Origin: Eledone cirrhosa
Lineage: Eukaryota
NCBI GenBank assembly: GCA_964016885.1
Contig: OZ024741.1
Location: 156,054,001 to 156,118,000, forward strand
Reading direction: 5' to 3'
DNA: 64,000 bases
The notes under the pieces: model-generated
What the model was told of the DNA's origin: nothing
The model's input: the letters and a program-made list of their open reading frames with translations, nothing else
Databases searched by the model: none
Shown here: piece by piece, positions 10,702 through 19,402 of the stretch
Layout: each line of letters opens with the position of its first letter
How positions within the stretch are numbered: position 1 is the stretch's first letter
Translations under genes and position numbers: made by a program

Positions 10702-13350
10702 TTACAGATATATACTCAGAGTCGGCCCATTCACTCGGGCCATTCTTGCTTCTCTCACCCATCTTTCAACAAAATGCTGGGAAGAGAGCACTTCCTTCTC
10801 TACTCTGATTTTCCTTTTCAAATGAAATTTGAAAAAGTCAATCAGAGCATCACCGAAGAGGTAAGTGCTCGTCTTCAGCCCTTTCAAACGTGTCCACCAT
10901 ACTATCTCTTTCGCCATGGCCACCAGACAGATAAAAACTGCCTGCCCTTCCCGGCTAAAGGAGGAGGGCGGGGCAATCCTCACGATAGACTCAGATGATA
11001 GCTGGATCCGTCCTAAACGCGACAGCAAGTGTTCGACATAAACCCACAAGTCAGCAATTTTCGGACACTGGACGAGTGTGTGCAGGACGGTTTCGTCGCC
11101 CTGCGCGCATCTCGGACATGCCCGGCTGACGGCACCTCCATGCCTGTAGAGTTTATCCCGAACTGGCAAGGCTCCTCGGTAGCACTGCCAGGCCAGAGAT
11201 TTCTGGAAGTTGTCCATAGGCCCCGGCCCGAAAGTTCTTCCGAAGAGATTGGCTAGTTGATTTTCGTCGACGCCTAGAGTTTCCCCAAGTACGTCGTCGC
11301 TCTTCCCCTCCACTAATCCTCTATAGAACGCCGAGGTGGAGTTTCCACTGATCACATTGCCCGATTGGTCGAGGGCTGTGAGCGCCTGAAGACATTCCAG
11401 TCTCCAGGCGCTCCCTCTCGGTCTTCGCTTGACCCAGGACTGCAGCTCCGTCAAGGAAACGAGCTGGGGAAAAACGCGTCTAGCAAACGGCGACCACACC
11501 TGATCACCGTCGAGGAAGAGGTGGAGATGTCGTAGCCTGAGCGCGTGCCTGCGCATCATCAGCCACGGCATGCCCAGCCCTCCACGTAGCGGGTGTTGAC
11601 AACAGATGGACCGCCTGACCATCGGAGCACGTCCCTTCCACAAAAAGCGAAAGAGCAAACGCTCCAGCGCAGTCAGGCGAGGCTTAGGACAAGGTACGAC
11701 GGTTAGGCGGTAGCAGATGACAGACGCGATGTACGCGTTAGCCACCTCCGCTCGACCTTTCAGGGATAGCTTCCTCTCCGCCCATTTCTGGGTGAGAGAA
11801 GCCACCCTGCTCGTCACCTCGTCCCAGTTTTTGTCCGTCTGGAGGTCCGGACCGAACCAGACCCCTAGCAATTTAACCGGTCCGTCCGTCCAGCGCCCGA
11901 CGACGCTGTTGGACGGCATGGACCTGCCTCTCCAGGTGCCGAGCTGCAGGCCCACTGACTTTTCCTGGTTGATCATTGCTCCTGTCACCGCTTCGTATTC
12001 TCTTAGTGTAGTGCCGATCGCCTCGATGTGTTTGGCGTTCGACACCACTACGGTGACATCGTCCGCATATGCTGACACGGATCTTCCGCATCCTAGTTCG
12101 CGCGGGACTCCCCTCAACGTCTCCAGTTTGTGCAGTAATGGCTCGAGAGTCAATACGTACAAGAGGGACGAGAGGGGACATCCTTGGCGGACCGAGCGCA
12201 TGATGTTGAACGGTTCCGACAGGTGACCGTTCACTCTCACCACAGAGCAGATGTCGCTGTGCATGGGAGCGATCCAGCCTCTGAAGACGGGCCCAAAGCC
12301 AGCCGCCCTCAGGACTGCCGCTAGGTAACGATGGTCGACCCTATCGAAAGCTTTCGACTGATCTAAATTGATCAAGGACCCACCCGTGCCAGGTTCCCTA
12401 GCTACCCTCTCTACGATGTATCGCATGAGGTGGAGGTTGTCGTGGATGGATCTGTCGGGAATGGCGCATGTCTGCGCCTCTCCCACCAGACCACCAACGA
12501 CAAGCGCCAACCTCTTTGCTAGCACGATGGCCCCCGTCAACGCCCGCTTAACTAGTTCGCTAATCCGGTCTCTGTAGGCCTTGCACGCTGGTAAGGACGC
12601 GTTTAGCTTCCAGTAGCCGGGTCCTCGTCTATGAAGCCTATCTAAGTCAAGCACACAGGTCACGAATTTGTGGTCCGTGTAGCTGACTATCTTGAATTGT
12701 GGACAGCCTATGCTAGACCTATCTATTTCCCTACAAAATACTCTATCTAGATATGATCTGGATGACCCTATGCGGTTTGTCCAAGTCCACATTGGCACAT
12801 TCGGGAAATCCAATCGGTACCTGTCAGACAGTTCAAAACGCCTGAGCAGGTTGGTGAGGCTCTTGCACCCTCCACCCCTATCCGCTAATCCCACACAGTC
12901 CCAGCGTGCATCTAAGATCCCGTTCCAGTCGCCCACTAACACTAAAGAGCGGGACGTTCCAAGAAAGGTCTCCAGACGCCGGAAGAAATCAGGCCGCCCT
13001 GCTCCTGTCGGGGCATAGACGGCCACTAGCCTGAAAGCTTGCCCGTCTCCGCTGGTCACGTCCAGCACCACCAGCTTACCCTCTGGGTCCAGGAAGATGG
13101 CCCGTATGGCGAGATCCAAACCTCTCCGAAAAAGCACAGCAACTCCTCCACCCGATCCCGGACGGCTGGGAGATGCGTACACATCGTAGCCGCCGAAGAT
13201 CGGTGCGAAGGCCCGTGCTTCGGAGATTCTGGTCTCGCTGAGGGCCACTACATCTATGTTTAGTGACCTGAGGTCGTTGAGCAGGTGACCCTGCTTCCAT
13301 GACGACCCCAAGCCACGCGCATTTATGCTGCCTATTCTGAGTGAGGTCAT
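10702..13350 (-). CDS. Tx1 ORF2 (APE + partial RT + CCHC), lacking 257 aa including the KSPGLDG and RPITLLN motifs; probably non-functional
   Basis: 882 aa versus 1139 aa in copies 2 and 4. The deletion junction reads TGAI|VLAKRL. Confidence 0.85.
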   Translation of the reverse strand: MTSLRIGSINARGLGSSWKQGHLLNDLRSLNIDVVALSETRISEARAFAPIFGGYDVYASPSRPGSGGGVAVLFRRGLDLAIRAIFLDPEGKLVVLDVTSGDGQAFRLVAVYAPTGAGRPDFFRRLETFLGTSRSLVLVGDWNGILDARWDCVGLADRGGGCKSLTNLLRRFELSDRYRLDFPNVPMWTWTNRIGSSRSYLDRVFCREIDRSSIGCPQFKIVSYTDHKFVTCVLDLDRLHRRGPGYWKLNASLPACKAYRDRISELVKRALTGAIVLAKRLALVVGGLVGEAQTCAIPDRSIHDNLHLMRYIVERVAREPGTGGSLINLDQSKAFDRVDHRYLAAVLRAAGFGPVFRGWIAPMHSDICSVVRVNGHLSEPFNIMRSVRQGCPLSSLLYVLTLEPLLHKLETLRGVPRELGCGRSVSAYADDVTVVVSNAKHIEAIGTTLREYEAVTGAMINQEKSVGLQLGTWRGRSMPSNSVVGRWTDGPVKLLGVWFGPDLQTDKNWDEVTSRVASLTQKWAERKLSLKGRAEVANAYIASVICYRLTVVPCPKPRLTALERLLFRFLWKGRAPMVRRSICCQHPLRGGLGMPWLMMRRHALRLRHLHLFLDGDQVWSPFARRVFPQLVSLTELQSWVKRRPRGSAWRLECLQALTALDQSGNVISGNSTSAFYRGLVEGKSDDVLGETLGVDENQLANLFGRTFGPGPMDNFQKSLAWQCYRGALPVRDKLYRHGGAVSRACPRCAQGDETVLHTLVQCPKIADLWVYVEHLLSRLGRIQLSSESIVRIAPPSSFSREGQAVFICLVAMAKEIVWWTRLKGLKTSTYLFGDALIDFFKFHLKRKIRVEKEVLSSQHFVERWVREARMARVNGPTLSIYL

Positions 13351-13385
13351 GTTTAAAATAGAGTGGAAAAGATGGGAAAGACCAC

Positions 13386-15482
13386 TTACCGTACTTTTGG
13401 TAGAGGAGGGATGGTTTTTACATCCCTTTTCACTTGATCGTCTGGTGAAGGGACCGTTGAATCGTCCCTTCGGCTGGTCGTCGGCTCTTCTAAGAGAATG
13501 TCTGAGTATACTCTTCGATTGATGGTTCCTCCTAGGTACCTGAAATCACCAACTGCGTTGGGGAATTTCGTTTTAATGTTTGTGTATTGTTTCTGTGCTA
13601 TTTTTAGCAGTCTTATGTTAGTTGGCGTTTTGATTGGTGCTGGTATTATGTAGTCCTGTTGTGAAATGTCTGTGTGTTCAATTATGTAAGTCATTAGTTT
13701 CTTGTTGTGTGTATTTATTGCCGTGCATTTGTTTTTCTGGGGGTGGGGTGTGGTTCTGCTATTTTCTTGTCGTTGTTGCTGGGTGTGTGTGTTTTGTTGT
13801 TGTGTTTGCGATGTTGGTGCTTGTGGTGGTGGTGTTGAAGGTGTTGTTGGCGGTGGGGTTGTCGCCGGTGGTGATGGTGGTGCTGGTGTGGGTGGTGATG
13901 GTGTTGGTGGTGTTGCTGCTGTGGGTCTCTTTGCAGTAGACTTTACCCTTTTCTCATTTCTTTCCTCCCTTTTCAAAGGCGACGATGCGCTGCTTCTGCA
14001 TTTGTGCCTTCTTGCGACCTTTTGCCATCCCTCTCCCACCTCACACTCCATGTCTGATTCTGTAAGGTCGGGGAGGGGTACCAGCTCCACTCTTTCACTT
14101 GTTGTTGTTGGTGATGTTTGCACTGGAGTCTCTGTTGCAGCTGCATTTGGTATTGCTGTTGTTGTTGTTAATATTTCCACTGCTGCTGCTGTCTTTGATT
14201 TCCGTGGAGTGGGTATGGGTGCCACGGACCTATCGTTCCTGGTTGCCGCTTGTCCTGTTGCTGGTAGCCGTGGAGCCGGATTCGGAAGGAGGGGGGTGTT
14301 CTCCTTTCTCAGGGTCTTCTCGTTGCAGAAGGCCCTGAGGTGAGTCTTCGATCCACAGCGAAAGCATTTCGGGCGTTTGCCCTCAACACTTATGGGCAGT
14401 TGAGTGCCGTTATCGAAGTCTATCACATCCGGGATAGCTTCGATGCACTCCTGGTTGGTTTGGATTAGCATCTCAATGGAGGAGCCGACCCAATCTTCTC
14501 TTACTTTTTTCTGTACTTGCAGTACAGTTGTTTTGTCCTCGATTCCGACGAGGACAGACGCGGCCAGCCAAGAAGGGGTCATTCCGGGGGGGACGTGGGT
14601 CAGTTTGACCCTCACAATTTTTTGCCCGCAGTAGGAGGGCACCAACACCATTTCCTCGCTCCTTAGGGTCACTACTGATTGGGCCTTTGCCTCCTGGGGT
14701 GCGGCAAAAAGTACGTCTACGGTGGCGTATTTTTTGCCTCGGGTGATGTGCGTTTTCCTCTGCCACACAGACCCCAAGGCTTTTTGTATTTGGGCCTCTG
14801 TGGCTCTTTCCACCCTACGGGATTTTGTACTTACTGTACGGTACGTGACCGTACAGTGCTCTTGGGTTTCGAAAAAATTTTTCGCTGCCTTGCAGATTGC
14901 TCGGTGTCCGTTCTTTGTCACCATCCTCTTCGCTTCCTCTAATTCCTCATTTGTTATGAGGATTGTTTCCAAGTGTTTCGCAATACCTGCAAATGAGATT
15001 GGTTTTTCTCTGCTGTTGTTGTTGTCGTCAGAGCTGCTGGTACTTTTGTTGTTGCTGCAGGTACTACGACTACTGCCTCCGCCGCTGTTGCTGTGGTTGT
15101 TGTTGGTGTTGCTGCTGCTAATGCTGTTGTTGTTTATGCTGCTGGTGATGCTGTTGCGGCTGCTACTGTTGTTTTCATTGTCACTGTTGCTGTTGTTATT
15201 ACGGCTGCTACTGCTATTATTCCTGACGTCAGACGAATGAACTGGGTTTTCGTATTTCCCGCACACCTGTTTCGTCGCTGTCGTCGTCGTCGTGGAGAAA
15301 CTTTGCACGCTTTGCACGAGACTTTTCTTTTCTTTCGTCACTTGCGAAAGAGAAGGGAGGGAGAGAGACACATTTAAAGAAGGGAGGGAGAGAGACAATC
15401 TTCTCTCTGCTGTAGTGATGATTGAGGAAGAAGAAGACGGAATGAGTGGGAGTGACGTATGAAATTTCTTTTTCGTAGCCAT
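13386..15482 (-). CDS. Tx1 ORF1 nucleic-acid-binding protein (single CCHC knuckle, Ser/Asn- and Pro/Thr-rich low-complexity arms)
   Basis: 698 aa with CFRCGSKTHLRAFC (CX2CX4HX4C), directly upstream of ORF2. Confidence 0.9.
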   Translation of the reverse strand: MATKKKFHTSLPLIPSSSSSIITTAERRLSLSLPSLNVSLSLPSLSQVTKEKKSLVQSVQSFSTTTTTATKQVCGKYENPVHSSDVRNNSSSSRNNNSNSDNENNSSSRNSITSSINNNSISSSNTNNNHSNSGGGSSRSTCSNNKSTSSSDDNNNSREKPISFAGIAKHLETILITNEELEEAKRMVTKNGHRAICKAAKNFFETQEHCTVTYRTVSTKSRRVERATEAQIQKALGSVWQRKTHITRGKKYATVDVLFAAPQEAKAQSVVTLRSEEMVLVPSYCGQKIVRVKLTHVPPGMTPSWLAASVLVGIEDKTTVLQVQKKVREDWVGSSIEMLIQTNQECIEAIPDVIDFDNGTQLPISVEGKRPKCFRCGSKTHLRAFCNEKTLRKENTPLLPNPAPRLPATGQAATRNDRSVAPIPTPRKSKTAAAVEILTTTTAIPNAAATETPVQTSPTTTSERVELVPLPDLTESDMECEVGEGWQKVARRHKCRSSASSPLKREERNEKRVKSTAKRPTAATPPTPSPPTPAPPSPPATTPPPTTPSTPPPQAPTSQTQQQNTHTQQQRQENSRTTPHPQKNKCTAINTHNKKLMTYIIEHTDISQQDYIIPAPIKTPTNIRLLKIAQKQYTNIKTKFPNAVGDFRYLGGTINRRVYSDILLEEPTTSRRDDSTVPSPDDQVKRDVKTIPPLPKVR

Positions 15483-15646
15483 GTTGTTTTTTGTTTAAAA
15501 TGAAATTTTGGGTACAAAACCCCAATAACTGATTATTTAACCCCCGAAGGGCCAAATAACGGACAGAAAGACCCCTCTCACGAGGAGGAGGGTGTCTTTA
15601 TCAACAATTTGGTTCAAGTTTTAAACAATTTACAATTGTTTTAACG

Positions 15647-15687
<41 letters not shown>

Positions 15688-15947
15688 TTTCTTTATTAAC
15701 CACAAGGGTTTACATAAAGTAAACATTAAGGACAGTGCAGGACAATGCAGGACGGTACAAATGGGCATTTCTGCGTGTAAAAAAACAAAAACAGAGGATG
15801 TAACAAAAATAACAATGAAAATAACAATGAAAAATTCCCCAATAGGGGGGAGACTTCGGAGGGACATTTGTGGAGAAAGCCCAGTAAAAAGCCACAATGA
15901 CCCTGACCACCAAGGCAAGTGCCCTCTCCCAGTTTTCCACCTTTAGT

Positions 15948-18900
15948 TTACAGATACATACTCAGAGTCGGCCCATTCACTCGGGCCATTCTTGCTTCTC
16001 TCACCCATCTTTCAACAAAATGCTGGGAAGAGAGCACTTCCCTCTCTACTCTGATTTTCCTTTTCAAATGAAATTTGAAAAAGTCAATCAGAGCATCACC
16101 GAAGAGGTAAGTGCTCGTCTTCAGCCCTTTCAAACGTGTCCACCATACTATCTCTTTCGCCATGGCCACCAGACAGATAAAAACTGCCTGCCCTTCCCGG
16201 CTAAAGGAGGAGGGCGGGGCAATCCTCACGATGGACTCAGATGATAGCTGGATCCGTCCTAAACGCGACAGCAGGTGTTCGACATAAACCCACAAGTCAG
16301 CAATTTTCGGACACTGGACGAGTGCGTGCAGGACGGTTTCGTCGCCCTGCGCGCATCTCGGACATGCCCGGCTGACGGCACCTCCATGCCTGTAGAGTTT
16401 ATCCCGAACTGGCAAGGCTCCTCGGTAGCACTGCCAGGCCAGAGATTTCTGGAAGTTGTCCATAGGCCCTGGCCCGAAAGTTCTTCCGAAGAGATTGGCT
16501 AGTTGATTTTCGTCGACGCCTAGAGTTTCCCCAAGTACGTCGTCGCTCTTCCCCTCCACTAATCCTCTATAGAACGCCGAGGTGGAGTTTCCACCGATCA
16601 CATTGCCCGATCGGTCGAGGGCTGTGAGCGCCTGAAGACATTCCAGTCTCCAGGCGCTCCCTCTCGGTCTTCGCTTGACCCAGGACTGCAGCTCCGTCAA
16701 GGAAACGAGCTGGGGAAAAACGCGTCTAGCAAACGGCGACCACACCTGATCACCGTCGAGGAAGAGGTGGAGATGTCGTAGCCTGAGCGCGTGCCTGCGC
16801 ATCATCAGCCACGGCATGCCCAGCCCTCCACGTAGCGGGTGTTGACAACAGATGGACCGCCTGACCATCGGAGCACGTCCCTTCCACAAAAAGCGAAAGA
16901 GCAAACGCTCCAGCGCAGTCAGGCGAGGCTTAGGACAAGGTACGACGGTTAGGCGGTAGCAGATGACAGACGCGATGTACGCGTTAGCCACCTCCGCTCG
17001 ACCTTTCAGGGATAGCTTCCTCTCGGCCCATTTCTGGATGAGAGAAGCCACCCTGCTCGTCACCTCGTCCCAGTTTTTGTCCGTCTGGAGGTCCGGACCG
17101 AACCAGACCCCTAGCAATTTAACCGGTCCGTCCGTCCAGCGCCCGACGACGCTGTTGGACGGCATGGACCTGCCTCTCCAGGTGCCGAGCTGCAGGCCCA
17201 CTGACTTTTCCTGGTTGATCATTGCTCCTGTCACCGCTTCGTATTCTCTTAGTGTAGTGCCGATCGCCTCGATGTGTTTGGCGTTCGATACCACTACGGT
17301 GACATCGTCCGCATATGCTGACACGGATCTTCCGCATCCTAGTTCGCGCGGGACTCCCCTCAACGTCTCCAGTTTGTGCAGTAATGGCTCGAGAGTCAAT
17401 ACGTACAAGAGGGACGAGAGGGGACATCCTTGGCGGACCGAGCGCATGATGTTGAACGGTTCCGACAGGTGACCGTTCACTCTCACCACAGAGCAGATGT
17501 CGCTGTGCATGGCAGCGATCCAGTCTCTGAAGACGGGCCCAAAGCCAGCCGCCCTCAGGACTGCCGCTAGGTAACGATGGTCGACCCTATCGAAAGCTTT
17601 CGACTGATCTAAATTGATCAAGGACCCACCCGTGCCAGGTTCCCTAGCTACCTTCTCTACGATGTATCGTATGAGGTGGAGGTAGTCGTGGATGGATCTG
17701 TCGGGAATGGCGCATGTCTGCGCCTCTCCCACCAGACCACCAACGACAAGCGCCAACCTCTTTGCTAGCACCTTGGCCAAAATCTTAAACTCTGTGTTTA
17801 GCAGAGTTATGGGCCGGAAATTTTCTATGTTATCCCCCTTGTTCGGATCCTTTCTCAGCAGTGCCACCGCTCCTCGGCTCACAGAACTGGGAATTCTCCC
17901 GTTCTGTTGCCAGTTGCAGTAGACGTCCGCCAAGAGGCCTCCGAACAAGTCTGGCATCTGTACGTAAAGTTCATAGGGCAGACCATCCAAACCAGGCGAT
18001 TTACCCCTTGTGCAGCCAGTCATTGCCTCCCTTACTTCAGCGGCTGTTATCGGCTTTTCGCAACACTTCGCCTCAGTGGCCGAGAGCCGCGGCAGTCCGT
18101 CGAGGTAGACACTAAAGTCCATCCCTCTACCCGGCCCACCGCTGCCCCCGAACAGCTGAGCGAAGTGTCGCTGAAAAGCTTCACACATTTGCCCGGGATC
18201 GAGTAGCATGCGCCCGTCGTGGTCCACCAAAGACCGGATCGTGGCTTTGTTGCCACGACGCGCCTCCGCCACTCGGGCCCATTGAACGGCTTTCGTCCCT
18301 TCGTGTCTGAGAGCACGCACCCTTGCTCTGACAACGCAGCCTTCGTGCTTTGCATTGAAGAATTGGTCAAGGGCCAATTTCGCCGCAAGCACGTCGGTCG
18401 CAATGCCTTTGCTAAGCGCCTCGTCTAATTTTCTAACTAATTCTCCCTCTGCTCTATTTTTCTCTATTGCTAAAGTCTTACTAAACCTAATGGACTCTAT
18501 TCTAATTGCTCTTTTCAGAGCAAACCACCACTTGTTGTTGACGATGGCCCCCGTCAACGCCCGCTTAACTAGTTCGCTAATCCGGTCTCTGTAGGCCTTG
18601 CGCGCTGGTAAGGACGCGTTTAGCTTCCAGTAGCCGGGTCCTCGTCTATGAAGCCTATCTAAGTCAAGCACACAGGTCACGAATTTGTGGTCCGTGTAGC
18701 TGACTATCTTGAATTGTGGACAGCCTATGCTAGACCTATCTATTTCCCTACAAAATACTCTATCTAGATATGATCTGGATGACCCTATGCGGTTTGTCCA
18801 AGTCCACATTGGCACATTCGGGAAATCCAATCGGTACCTGTCAGACAGTTCAAAACGCCTGAGCAGGTTGGTGAGGCTCTTGCACCCTCCACCCCTATCC

Positions 18901-19367
18901 GCTAATCCCACACAGTCCCAGCGTGCATCTAAGATCCCGTTCCAGTCGCCCACTAACACTAAAGAGCGGGACGTTCCAAGAAAGGTCTCCAGACGCCGGA
19001 AGAAATCAGGCCGCCCTGCTCCTGTCGGGGCATAGACGGCCACTAGCCTGAAAGCTTGCCCGTCTCCGCTGGTCACGTCCAGCACCACCAGCTTACCCTC
19101 TGGGTCCAGGAAGATGGCCCGTATGGCGAGATCCAAACCTCTCTGAAAAAGCACAGCAACTCCTCCACCGGATCCAGGACGGCTGGGAGATGCGTACACA
19201 TCGTAGCCGCCGAAGATCGGTGCGAAGGCCCGTGCTTCGGAGATTCTGGTCTCGCTGATGGCCACTACATCTATGTTTAGTGACCTGAGGTCGTTGAGCA
19301 GGTGACCCTGCTTCCATGATGACCCCAAGCCACGCGCATTTATGCTGCCTATTCTGAGTGAGGTCAT
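15948..19367 (-). CDS. Tx1 ORF2: APE endonuclease, reverse transcriptase, C-terminal CCHC zinc finger
   Basis: 1139 aa. Motifs: SINARGL, SET, GDWN, YLDR, TDH, GYWKLNASL, KSPGLDG, RPITLLN, DQSKAFD, RQGCPLS, YADD, CPRC..ETVLHALVQC. Confidence 0.95.
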   Translation of the reverse strand: MTSLRIGSINARGLGSSWKQGHLLNDLRSLNIDVVAISETRISEARAFAPIFGGYDVYASPSRPGSGGGVAVLFQRGLDLAIRAIFLDPEGKLVVLDVTSGDGQAFRLVAVYAPTGAGRPDFFRRLETFLGTSRSLVLVGDWNGILDARWDCVGLADRGGGCKSLTNLLRRFELSDRYRLDFPNVPMWTWTNRIGSSRSYLDRVFCREIDRSSIGCPQFKIVSYTDHKFVTCVLDLDRLHRRGPGYWKLNASLPARKAYRDRISELVKRALTGAIVNNKWWFALKRAIRIESIRFSKTLAIEKNRAEGELVRKLDEALSKGIATDVLAAKLALDQFFNAKHEGCVVRARVRALRHEGTKAVQWARVAEARRGNKATIRSLVDHDGRMLLDPGQMCEAFQRHFAQLFGGSGGPGRGMDFSVYLDGLPRLSATEAKCCEKPITAAEVREAMTGCTRGKSPGLDGLPYELYVQMPDLFGGLLADVYCNWQQNGRIPSSVSRGAVALLRKDPNKGDNIENFRPITLLNTEFKILAKVLAKRLALVVGGLVGEAQTCAIPDRSIHDYLHLIRYIVEKVAREPGTGGSLINLDQSKAFDRVDHRYLAAVLRAAGFGPVFRDWIAAMHSDICSVVRVNGHLSEPFNIMRSVRQGCPLSSLLYVLTLEPLLHKLETLRGVPRELGCGRSVSAYADDVTVVVSNAKHIEAIGTTLREYEAVTGAMINQEKSVGLQLGTWRGRSMPSNSVVGRWTDGPVKLLGVWFGPDLQTDKNWDEVTSRVASLIQKWAERKLSLKGRAEVANAYIASVICYRLTVVPCPKPRLTALERLLFRFLWKGRAPMVRRSICCQHPLRGGLGMPWLMMRRHALRLRHLHLFLDGDQVWSPFARRVFPQLVSLTELQSWVKRRPRGSAWRLECLQALTALDRSGNVIGGNSTSAFYRGLVEGKSDDVLGETLGVDENQLANLFGRTFGPGPMDNFQKSLAWQCYRGALPVRDKLYRHGGAVSRACPRCAQGDETVLHALVQCPKIADLWVYVEHLLSRLGRIQLSSESIVRIAPPSSFSREGQAVFICLVAMAKEIVWWTRLKGLKTSTYLFGDALIDFFKFHLKRKIRVEREVLSSQHFVERWVREARMARVNGPTLSMYL

Positions 19368-19402
19368 GTTTAAAATAGAGTGGAAAAGATGAGAAAGACC
19401 AC

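Larger units (their letters stand above)
10401..15651 (-). mobile_element. Tx1/L1-clade LINE, array copy 1 (771-bp in-frame ORF2 deletion)
   Basis: ORF1+ORF2, a 3' UTR with AATAAA (10446-10451) and an (AAT)13 tail at 10401-10439. Confidence 0.95.

Noticed and set aside
13634-15377. Plus-strand hydrophobic ORFs (poly-Leu/Val/Gly) repeated in every array unit
   Set aside because: They are antisense shadows of the low-complexity Ser/Asn/Pro/Thr codons of ORF1 and show no domain signal.
15560-15600. 5' UTR hairpin with 'tcctcgt' resembling the HDV ribozyme L3 loop
   Set aside because: It folds as a simple stem-loop (aaagac.ccctc/gaggggtcttt). The P1/P2/P3 nested pseudoknot could not be built.
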